Shown here one piece after another: positions 35,557-43,581 of a stretch of 64,000 nt of DNA. The first letter of the stretch is position 1; each line of letters opens with the position of its first letter. Origin of the DNA: an uncultured Acidobacteriota bacterium (GTDB taxonomy: Bacteria > Acidobacteriota > Terriglobia > Acidiferrales > UBA7541). The notes under the pieces were generated by a model. The model was not told the origin of the DNA. It saw only the letters and a list, made by a program, of their open reading frames with translations, and did no database searches. The stretch spans positions 44,561 through 108,560 of the forward strand of contig CAWEYA010000019.1 of assembly GCA_963813185.1 (NCBI GenBank), written 5' to 3'. The translations under genes were made by a program, and so were the position numbers.

Positions 35557-35759
35557 AAAGTGACGATGGCTACCGAGCGCAAAAGTGACTCAAGCGCGCC
35601 GTTGATCGCCTTTTAGATCAAGAAGTGTCTGAAATTCGCTTTCGAACACATGCGCGCGTATCGCGCGACGGGGCCAACATCAATTCGGGTGTGTCCGTAT
35701 GCGCCATGTTTCATTCCCGATCCGGTCCCTGTTCAGGTAGACTTAGCCGGATTTCTTCT

Positions 35760-37923
35760 ATGCCACTTTCCACAGGCGAAAAGCTCGGCCCTTACGAAAT
35801 CGTCGCGCCCATAGGCGCCGGCGGCATGGGGGAAGTGTATCGCGCGCAAGACCCGCGTCTGAATCGCGACGTGGCGATCAAAGTTTCCGCCGCGCAGTTC
35901 ACCGAGCGGTTCGAGCGGGAAGCCAAGGCAATCGCGGCGCTGAATCATCCCAACATCTGCCAGATTTACGACGTCGGTCCGAATTATCTGGTCATGGAGT
36001 ATATCGAGGGCACTCCGCTCCACGGCCCTTTACCGCTCGATCGGACGCTGCGCTATGCCGCGCAGATTTGCGATGCGCTCGACGCCGCGCACAAGAAGAG
36101 CATCACGCACCGCGATCTGAAGCCCGCCAACATTCTGGTGACCGCATCCGGCGTGAAGTTGCTGGATTTCGGGCTGGCGAAGATAGGAACCGCCAGCGCT
36201 CCGCATGAGTTCCGATGACGCCACGCAATCGATGGACCTACGGAAGCGGGCACGGTCCTGGGCACCGCCGCCTACATGTCGCCTGAACAGGCCAAAGGCG
36301 AGCAGCGGACGCGCGCTCGGACATCTTCTCCTTCGGCGTGGTGCTGTATGAAATGCTGAGTGGCCGCCGGGCGTTCTGCGAGGAACTCCGCCATCGAAAC
36401 CATGGCCGCAATCCTGCGCGAGGAGCCCGCGCCGCTGGATGCGCCGCCGAACCTCTCCGCAATCGTTACGCGCTGCCTGCGCAAGTCACCCGCCAGCCGG
36501 TTCCAGACGATGGGCGAAGTTCGCGCGGCGCTCGAACAAGCTACCGCGACGGCCGCATCGACCAAGGCTCCCTCCATCGCCGTCCTGCCCTTCGCCAACA
36601 TGAGCGCGGACAAAGAGAACGAATACTTCAGCGACGGCCTGGCCGAAGAGATCCTCAACTTGCTCGCCAAGATTCCGGGTCTGAAGGTGATTGCGCGCAC
36701 GTCCTCTTTCGCGTTCCGCGGCAAGGAGCAGGACATCACCAAGATCGCCGAGACGCTGCGCGTGCGGACGATCCTCGAAGGCAGCGTGCGCCGAGCCGGC
36801 AACCGCATCCGCGTCACCGCGCAGCTGATCGATGCCGACGACGGATCGCATCTCTGGTCGGAGCGCTACGACCGCGACATGACTGACGTTTTCGCCATTC
36901 AGGATGAAATCGGCCGAGGCGATCTCGGAAGCGCTCAAAGTGCGGCTCGCTCCTCGCGCGCAGGCGGTGAATATCGAAGCCTACCAGAATTACTTGAAAG
37001 GACAGTATCACCGCGTGCGGCTCACGCCGGAGAGCCTGGCGAAAGCGAAAGAGTGCTTTGACCAGGCCTTGGCCATCGACCCGAATTACGCTCCGGCTTA
37101 TAGCGGACTGGCGGTGTACTACTACATGCTGGCGGTGTTCGGCATAAAACCGGCTAGCGACATGGCGCCTTTGGCGAAATCGGCTGCGGAGAAAGCGCTG
37201 GCCATCGATCCTGCCAATAGCGACGCGCACAGCGTGTTGGCGAGTCATGGCGGCAGTCTTCGATTATGACTGGAAAGTGGCCGAAGAGCATTTCCGACAA
37301 GGCCATGGCGGCTGAACCCGTCCCGCCCATGGTGCGATACCGCTACGCCATGTATTATCTGCTCCCGTTGGGACGAGTTCGCTGAAGCGATGGAACAATG
37401 CCGGTTGGCGCTCGAGACCGATCCACTTTCCATGCTTCTTCACTGGGGCATGGCTTGTTCCATGCTACTGCGGCGAAACAGTACCGGGAAGCAATTGAGT
37501 ACGCGCGCAAAGCCCTGGAAATCGATCCGAACTTCTACATGATCTGGTTTGTGATGGGGTTCGCCCAGCTTCAGCGCCGGCCTCCCACAGGAAGCGATTA
37601 CCAGCTTGAAACGGGCTGTGGAGTTGGCGCCCTGGTGGCACCATAGGTGCGTGGTCACTGGCCGCAGCCTACTATCAGGCTGGCGATCGCGAGCGCAGCC
37701 AGGAATGGGCACGGAAGCTCGCCGACTCGCACGGTCACAACTATCGGGGCGGCGTTGTATTACGCCGCCACCGGAGAAGTGGATGCGATGTTCGAAGCGC
37801 TCGAAGGGGCCTACCGGCAGCGCGATTATTACATTATCGAAATTCAATACCTGCCGTTCTTCGACCCTTACCGCGCCGACCCGCGCTTCCAAGCCCTGCT
37901 CACAGAGAATGAACCTGGCGTAG
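35760..37923 (+). pseudogene. Ser/Thr protein kinase with TolB-like and TPR C-terminal regions, many frame switches
   Basis: GAGGMGEVY, HRDLKPAN, DFGLAK in ORF 35625-36218. TEAGTVLGTAAYMSPEQ, DARSDIFSFGVVLYEML, ETMAAILREEP, SIAVLPFANMS and the TPR segments each continue in shifted frames. The natural stop is probably 37921-37923. Confidence 0.8.
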
Positions 37924-38190
37924 ACGTTGGCGAGAGACTTGATTGCCTTGTGGGAATTCACGAGCGGGCCCCGACTAGGTCGGCCTCCTCGACTTCAGCC
38001 TTTCTGATTTTCGTGTGGATCTAACGAGAACCAAAAGTAGACAGGCTTGAAGCCTACCCCCCCTCAGATCGCGTGGTGTGTGCTTTGATCGCTTGGAAAC
38101 TGATTTGCGGCCTCTCGACCAGTGGCATTGACAACTTGAATCGGGTCAGCAAGAATATGTTTTAGTAACCCATATTTTTGGAGGCTCGAC

Positions 38191-38568
38191 GTGGCGTATT
38201 CGGCTCCTAGCATCGAGGAATTTCAGGCGGGAACGGTCGTCAAGTACTCGCCCATATCCACAGGCACGACGACCCAGAGGAAGCGCAAACCCCACATTCT
38301 TGCGGTAATCAATGAATGCTGTACGGGATGCGCCGGCTCGCCTGCCTGCGTCGAGTACTGCCCCGTGGCGGATTGCATGTACTGGGCGCCGGATGAGGAC
38401 CACGCCCCCTTTGGCCGCATCATCGTCGATCCCCTGCTCTGCATCGGCTGCAAGCTGTGCACCAGCAAAGGCCCCGACGGCGCGTTCCTTGAAGGCTGCC
38501 CGTGGGACGCGATTGACATGGTTCCCCTCGCCGAGTTTGAAGGTGCGAACGGCGCAATGCCGTTTTGA
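38191..38568 (+). CDS. 4Fe-4S dicluster ferredoxin-domain protein
   Basis: CTGCAGSPACVEYCP and CIGCKLC...GCP cysteine motifs. Confidence 0.8.
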   Translation: MAYSAPSIEEFQAGTVVKYSPISTGTTTQRKRKPHILAVINECCTGCAGSPACVEYCPVADCMYWAPDEDHAPFGRIIVDPLLCIGCKLCTSKGPDGAFLEGCPWDAIDMVPLAEFEGANGAMPF

Positions 38569-38574
38569 GAAGGC

Positions 38575-38848
38575 GTGACTGGTGACTGGTGATTAGTGAC
38601 CGGTGATTCCCCGGCCCGAGGTCGCCACGGGGAGGGACACGTGATTCGTGATTTGTGATTCGTAATTCGTGAACCCCGAAGAAGTGGCGTTCCGTTGCTC
38701 TCTCGACCTTTGCCCTCGACAGGTTCTGCGTGAAGCTCGCGCGCCCTAAAGATTGGAATTGTGCAGCTGTGGGCCGGTTTTTCACCAGTCACTGGTCACC
38801 AATCACTTTCCTGGTTTCACGAATCGCAAATCACGATTCACGAATCAC
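38575..38848. repeat. Inverted heptamer-array pair between convergent genes (38575-38608 and 38641-38673 versus 38777-38848)
   Basis: gtgactggtgactggtgattagtgaccggtgatt; gtgattcgtgatttgtgattcgtaattcgtgaa; ttcaccagtcactggtcaccaatcac...ttcacgaatcgcaaatcacgattcacgaatcac. Confidence 0.9.
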
Positions 38849-39723
38849 TTCTTCTCCCCCCGCGCGGAAATTTCGCGGGCCGTCATCGACGCCTGCTGCT
38901 GAATCTGCGGCGGCATTCCTTCCGTACCTCGAACGTAGGGACTGACGGCGGGCAGGTCTTCCATTTGGCCAATTAGATATAGCGCGCGCAAGGATTCCCA
39001 CACCATTTCGGGGCTGGGATCGACGAGCAGCAAAGGGTCGCCGGATTTGACCCACATGTTATCGGAGGGAATCCACTGGCGGATCGTGCCGGGGACATCG
39101 GAGCGGATTTCCGTCCTGTCGCGGTCAACTGTGAGGTGCGCGAGCAAGGTGCCGGGGTTGATCGCGTCTCCGGGCTTGAGACGGATCGAGAGAATGCCGC
39201 TGCGCTGCGCGGCCACCGTGTAAGGCGCGAGCATTCCCGCGATAAAGGCGTGGCCCGCGGGATCGGCAAAGCGCACCAGCGAGAGAGCCGCGTTGCGCTG
39301 CACCATGGGATTCGCGTCGGCAAGCTGCCTTAACAGCGCGGCGTGAAATTGCGGCGACTGGTTGTCCTGGCCCATGACCCACGCGGCGGTCACGCGCAAT
39401 TCATCGCTTCCCTTCTCTGAAAAACTGATCACTTCGGGATACCAGACTTTCGCCGACTCGCGGATTCCGGGATTCGGGCTCATGATCCGGTCGGCGATTT
39501 GGGAGAGCGCGTGTTGCGCGCGGCGGGGGTGCAGTGTGTCCGCAAAGTAGGAGGCAAGATCGGCGTCATTCAGCGGCCGGGTGAACGTCGTCATATACCA
39601 CAGCAGGAACGGCATCAGCACAAATGCAAAAGTAAGGACGAGAATGGCGACGAGCCACTTCTTGGCCATCCCCGGTTTGGCCGGGGCGGCCGGAGATTCC
39701 GCGGAATGTGGCACGCTATTCAT
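38845..39723 (-). CDS. Membrane-anchored HEAT-like repeat protein with a C-terminal lipoyl/barrel-sandwich-like domain
   Basis: One transmembrane helix (WLVAILVLTFAFVLMPFLLWY). NPMVQRNAALSLVRFADP is HEAT-like. Function unknown. Confidence 0.55.
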   Translation of the reverse strand: MNSVPHSAESPAAPAKPGMAKKWLVAILVLTFAFVLMPFLLWYMTTFTRPLNDADLASYFADTLHPRRAQHALSQIADRIMSPNPGIRESAKVWYPEVISFSEKGSDELRVTAAWVMGQDNQSPQFHAALLRQLADANPMVQRNAALSLVRFADPAGHAFIAGMLAPYTVAAQRSGILSIRLKPGDAINPGTLLAHLTVDRDRTEIRSDVPGTIRQWIPSDNMWVKSGDPLLLVDPSPEMVWESLRALYLIGQMEDLPAVSPYVRGTEGMPPQIQQQASMTAREISARGEKK

Positions 39724-39847
39724 CGCGCATTTGCCATAGTCATCCTTCTATCGTAACTCAAGTGAAAGAGGTTTTCGTAGCGCCGGCGTCTCGCCGGCAA
39801 TTTTGCATTTTTTGACGCGTTGAAAAATCGCTGGCGGGACGCCGGCG

Positions 39848-40285
39848 CTACGGACGCGGCGCGTAAATCTGGTAGAGCACCACATAAATCAGCACGCCGG
39901 TCACGGAGACGTAGGCCCACAGCGGGAGCGTCCAGCGCGCGATGCGTTTGTGCGCCGGGAAATTGGAGCGCAACGCGCGTGCGAGCGAAAGAATCACCAG
40001 CGGGACGATGACGATCGCGAGGATGGTGTGAGTCGTGAGCATGGTCAGGTAGGCGTAACGCGGCGCGCCTGTACCAGGAAAATGCACCGGGGCTTCGCCC
40101 GATGCGTACAAGCGGTAGTGATAGCTGACGTAGGAAATCAGGAAAGCCGCCGAAGTGGCTGTTGCCGCCAACATGCAGGTCTTATGCGCGAAGACACGCT
40201 TCGTGCGGATCATGACGTACCCCACTGACACCAGAATGGCGCTTGTGCCATTGAGGACGGCGTCCAAGGCAGGCGGGGAAATCAA
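39848..40285 (-). CDS. DUF420-family membrane protein
   Basis: LNGTSAILVSVGYVMIR..HKTCML...HKRIARWTLPLWAYVSVTGVLIYVVLY pattern. TTG start. Typical neighbour of haem a/o genes. Confidence 0.7.
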   Translation of the reverse strand: MISPPALDAVLNGTSAILVSVGYVMIRTKRVFAHKTCMLAATATSAAFLISYVSYHYRLYASGEAPVHFPGTGAPRYAYLTMLTTHTILAIVIVPLVILSLARALRSNFPAHKRIARWTLPLWAYVSVTGVLIYVVLYQIYAPRP

Positions 40286-40301
40286 TGGGGCTCCTTCCGT
40301 G

Positions 40302-40402
40302 GTAGCACAGCCACTCTGGGCTGTGCGGTTTTGTATATCGGACTATGGTCTACCGGCCTGCCGACACTTGAAAACCCGCACAGGCAGGAGTGCCTGTGCT
40401 AC
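40302..40402. repeat. Type-B REPIN-like double hairpin (GTAGCACAGCC / CACAGGC arms)
   Basis: gtagcacagccactctgggctgtgcggtttt ... aaaacccgcacaggcaggagtgcctgtgctac. Confidence 0.9.
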
Positions 40403-40410
40403 TTGAAGCG

Positions 40411-40665
40411 CTACTTCACCACGGCCGGCGGCCCTGCGGGGCCTTCATCCTTGTGGCGTTTTCCGATCCATCCCTGCTGCTTCGCCTGCACCAGCAGTAG
40501 CAGGCTGAAAATCAAAAGAATCATCAGAGCCACGCCCAACATCAGCAGGCCATCAATGCCGCCAAAAAGATCTCTGGAAAAACCGGCGACGATCCCCGAT
40601 ACCGAAAGAACAATCATCACCACAGACATGATGGTCAACTCGGCCTCATTTTCCTGTCCGCTCAT
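40411..40665 (-). CDS. Small two-helix membrane protein
   Basis: 84 aa, two hydrophobic helices, same strand and spacing as the neighbouring haem genes. Confidence 0.5.
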   Translation of the reverse strand: MSGQENEAELTIMSVVMIVLSVSGIVAGFSRDLFGGIDGLLMLGVALMILLIFSLLLLVQAKQQGWIGKRHKDEGPAGPPAVVK

Positions 40666-40698
40666 GGCCTCTCACGTGCGCCCCGCGCGCGCCGAATC

Positions 40699-41601
40699 TT
40701 AACGGGTAAATTTGTCGTAGATCAGCAATCCCAACAGCACCGGCAGGTGAAGAACGGTCGCGTGCATGAGCCACTTGGCGCGAATATTGGTCTTCGACGC
40801 CGCAGCCCACAAGCACACTTCCACCAGCATGATCCCCACAACCACCGCTCCGAAAAAGTAACGCGCGCCGGCGAGTCCGGTCACCGCCGGCAGCAGGCTG
40901 ACGGGCACCAGCAACGCCGCCGTCATCAGGATTTCACGAAATGTCCGCGTGCCCTCGGGGTCTACCACCGGAAGCATCTTGATCCCCGCGCGCTTGTAAT
41001 CCTCGCGGTACACCCAGGCAATGGCGTCAAAATGCGGAAATTGCCACAAGAAAAGCATGCCGAAGAGGAACCAGGCCTCGAGGTTGAGCGTTCCTCTTGC
41101 CGCGGCCCAGCCGATCAACGGCGGGACGGCGCCCGGAAATGCGCCCACAAATGTGGCCAGCGTGGTGCGCCGCTTCAGCGGCGTGTAGACGCATAGATAC
41201 AAGACGGAAGTGGCAATGCCCAGCAGCGTGGCGAGCGCGTTCGTGGCCAGGGCGAGATAGAGCGAGCCGAATCCGAGCAAGGACAACGCAAACCAAAATG
41301 CCTCGCGAGGGCTCAGCTGCCCGGAAGGCAGCGGGCGCGAGGCTGTGCGCCGCATCAAGGCATCGGTATCGCGCTCGAAGTAATGATTGAGGGCGGACGT
41401 ACCCGCGGCAATCAGCGTGGTTCCAAAAACAGTGTGCGCCATGCGCAGCCAATCCAGCGGGCCGCGCGTTCCCAGGGCGTAGCCTGCCACCGTGGTCATA
41501 ACCACGAGGAAGGAAACGTCAGGCTTGGTCAGCGCCAAATAAAGCGCGGGGCGGGTCGCTTCCGCCGTGGTTGTTCCCGTGGCCTGCATCGACTGTCTCA
41601 T
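40699..41601 (-). CDS. ctaB: Protohaem IX farnesyltransferase (haem O synthase)
   Basis: UbiA-family pattern, 300 aa, adjacent to ctaA. Confidence 0.9.
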   Translation of the reverse strand: MRQSMQATGTTTAEATRPALYLALTKPDVSFLVVMTTVAGYALGTRGPLDWLRMAHTVFGTTLIAAGTSALNHYFERDTDALMRRTASRPLPSGQLSPREAFWFALSLLGFGSLYLALATNALATLLGIATSVLYLCVYTPLKRRTTLATFVGAFPGAVPPLIGWAAARGTLNLEAWFLFGMLFLWQFPHFDAIAWVYREDYKRAGIKMLPVVDPEGTRTFREILMTAALLVPVSLLPAVTGLAGARYFFGAVVVGIMLVEVCLWAAASKTNIRAKWLMHATVLHLPVLLGLLIYDKFTR

Positions 41602-41630
41602 CTGCTTTTCATTCGCTTTTCAACAGCCCC

Positions 41631-42602
41631 TCAATGGGCAATCTGTTCCGAGGCCCGCGGCGAGTCCCCCACAACGACGCTTGCCCTGAGCATGCGATCA
41701 GTGATCAAGGCGGTCACCAGCGTCGCTGCCAGCACCAGCGCGCCCGTTACCGTGTGCACGACCGTCAGGGCCACCATTATCCCTATCGGTTGCGGGAAGC
41801 GCGCGCTGTAGAGCCGGGACCAATAGGCGCCCGCTCCAAGCAAAAGCTGCAAGCCGATCAAGATGTGCAGATAGCGCGCGCAACTGCGAAGCGCCGGCAC
41901 GTCGGCGAAGCGCGTCTTGAGCGCTCCCGCGGTCATAAAGATCAGGATAGTAACAATGACCGCGCCAACGAGGTGGGGAATAATTCCAAAACCCTTGTGC
42001 CGGAACGCCGCGCCCAGAATCAACTGCAGGAAGACAGCCGCAAGCGTCCACGCCAGCAGCGTTCGAACGCGAGGCGACCCCGGGTCGTCCAGGGAAGTAT
42101 GTGCGCCGTTCCACCAGGGACTGGTTAACACGGCGATGGCGACGACCGTGGAAAAGAAAAGCTGGGCCAACGTCGCATGCGCAGCGGACACTGGCGGAGG
42201 TTGGAACATGCGAACGGTCATGCCGCCGAGAATCCCCTGCGCAATGACCCCGCCAAGGGCCACCCAGCCCAGCCAGCGCATCCAAAAGCGTTTTTCGACC
42301 TTCCATAGCCAAGCCGCGAGTCCGATCGTCAGAAGGCCTACGCAGGTGGCAATTACGCGGTGAGTAAATTCGTAGCGGATGCCGCCCACCATAGGCGGTG
42401 TCAAAGAGCCGTAGGCCAGGGGCCAGTCCGGAATGGAAAGCCCCGCATCATTCGAAGTAACCAAAGCTCCGGCGATCAACAGGAGAAACGTGCACGACGC
42501 CGTAAGGACGGCGTATTGGTGGACGGCCTTGTTGTATGCGGTGATCATCTGCGTTCGAACGCCGACACGAGCCCAGAACCCGCCCCGGGTCTCTGATGTC
42601 AT
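41631..42602 (-). CDS. ctaA: Haem A synthase (COX15/CtaA)
   Basis: Eight-helix membrane protein with conserved His-containing helices (FTHRVIA, SAAHATLAQ, FRHKGF, HTVTGAL). Confidence 0.85.
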   Translation of the reverse strand: MTSETRGGFWARVGVRTQMITAYNKAVHQYAVLTASCTFLLLIAGALVTSNDAGLSIPDWPLAYGSLTPPMVGGIRYEFTHRVIATCVGLLTIGLAAWLWKVEKRFWMRWLGWVALGGVIAQGILGGMTVRMFQPPPVSAAHATLAQLFFSTVVAIAVLTSPWWNGAHTSLDDPGSPRVRTLLAWTLAAVFLQLILGAAFRHKGFGIIPHLVGAVIVTILIFMTAGALKTRFADVPALRSCARYLHILIGLQLLLGAGAYWSRLYSARFPQPIGIMVALTVVHTVTGALVLAATLVTALITDRMLRASVVVGDSPRASEQIAH

Positions 42603-42611
42603 TCCTTGCGG

Positions 42612-42679
42612 CCCTCTGTGCCTTACTCTGCGTTCTCTGTGTTAAAGCCTTTAAGGCTTTAGCACAGAGAACGCAGAGA
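42612..42679. repeat. Inverted pair of CTCTGTG / CACAGAG arrays around a small hairpin
   Basis: ccctctgtgccttactctgcgttctctgtg - aaagcctttaaggcttt - cacagagaacgcagaga. Confidence 0.8.
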
Positions 42680-42708
42680 AATACGAAGGGCGCGGCGAGA
42701 CTTGCGCT

Positions 42709-43518
42709 TTAGTCTCCAGCAGCGGCCGCGGCTTTGAATGTGAACATCACGTTCTTGGTTTCTTTGGGACCAATGGTGACGGTTTGCGGGTCGCTCGAAC
42801 CATAGAGTTCGTGCCAGGCGACCAGCGTGTACGTGCCCGGGGGAAGATTTTTCAGATCGAATTTGCCGTCTTTATCGGTGACCTGGAAATCCGGGTTCGA
42901 CATGACGGCCATATACGCCTTCATCCACGGATGGACGTTGCACTTCACCGGGATGGCAATCTCTTCGCGGGTAAACGATTTCTCGATGGGTGCGGCGCCG
43001 GGAGGCTGCGACTCGTTCCACTCACGGTTATCCTTTGGGATCGGGTGGATGTTGTGCGTCGTCTGGTCTTTGTTCACGACGTCAATGTTCTGTCCAACCT
43101 GCATGGCAATCACATGCGGATGATACTGGCAGCCCTCTTGCGTGATGGTCATTGCCCCGGTCGGAGCCGGGAAAGAATATCCCTCGAGACCGGTCTTTAC
43201 GTATACGACGACGTTGGCGAGCGCCCCGCCGTCTCCGGTGACGACTTCTTCGGTCGTCGCAGGGCTAGTGCGGCCCTTGGCACAGGCCGGCTCGGCCGCC
43301 ATGTTGATCGACTTTGGTTTCGGCCCGGCGCCATCGAGCTTCACTGAACCAGTGACCTCGCCCGCTGTGGCGGGATCGACCGTTTTTCCTGCCGCCGCGC
43401 CTGCCGCCGGCGCGGCTGTATTCTCCGTTGACTCCGGCTTACTCCCGCCGCAACCGGTGATCGCCAAAGCGAACGCCCCGACTGCCAGCGAGTACAACCC
43501 AAATCTTGTTTTACTCAC
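42709..43518 (-). CDS. Lipoprotein with a cupredoxin-like copper site and a C-terminal CarboxypepD_reg-like domain
   Basis: Lipobox LAITGC. HNIHP ... CNVHPWM resembles type-1 copper ligands. DGKFDLKNLPPGTYTLVAWHE. Confidence 0.55.
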   Translation of the reverse strand: MSKTRFGLYSLAVGAFALAITGCGGSKPESTENTAAPAAGAAAGKTVDPATAGEVTGSVKLDGAGPKPKSINMAAEPACAKGRTSPATTEEVVTGDGGALANVVVYVKTGLEGYSFPAPTGAMTITQEGCQYHPHVIAMQVGQNIDVVNKDQTTHNIHPIPKDNREWNESQPPGAAPIEKSFTREEIAIPVKCNVHPWMKAYMAVMSNPDFQVTDKDGKFDLKNLPPGTYTLVAWHELYGSSDPQTVTIGPKETKNVMFTFKAAAAAGD

Positions 43519-43581
43519 GAAACATTTCCTCCTCTTCGAATGCAGAATTTCTCACCCCTATGATAGCAAGTCCAATAAGCT

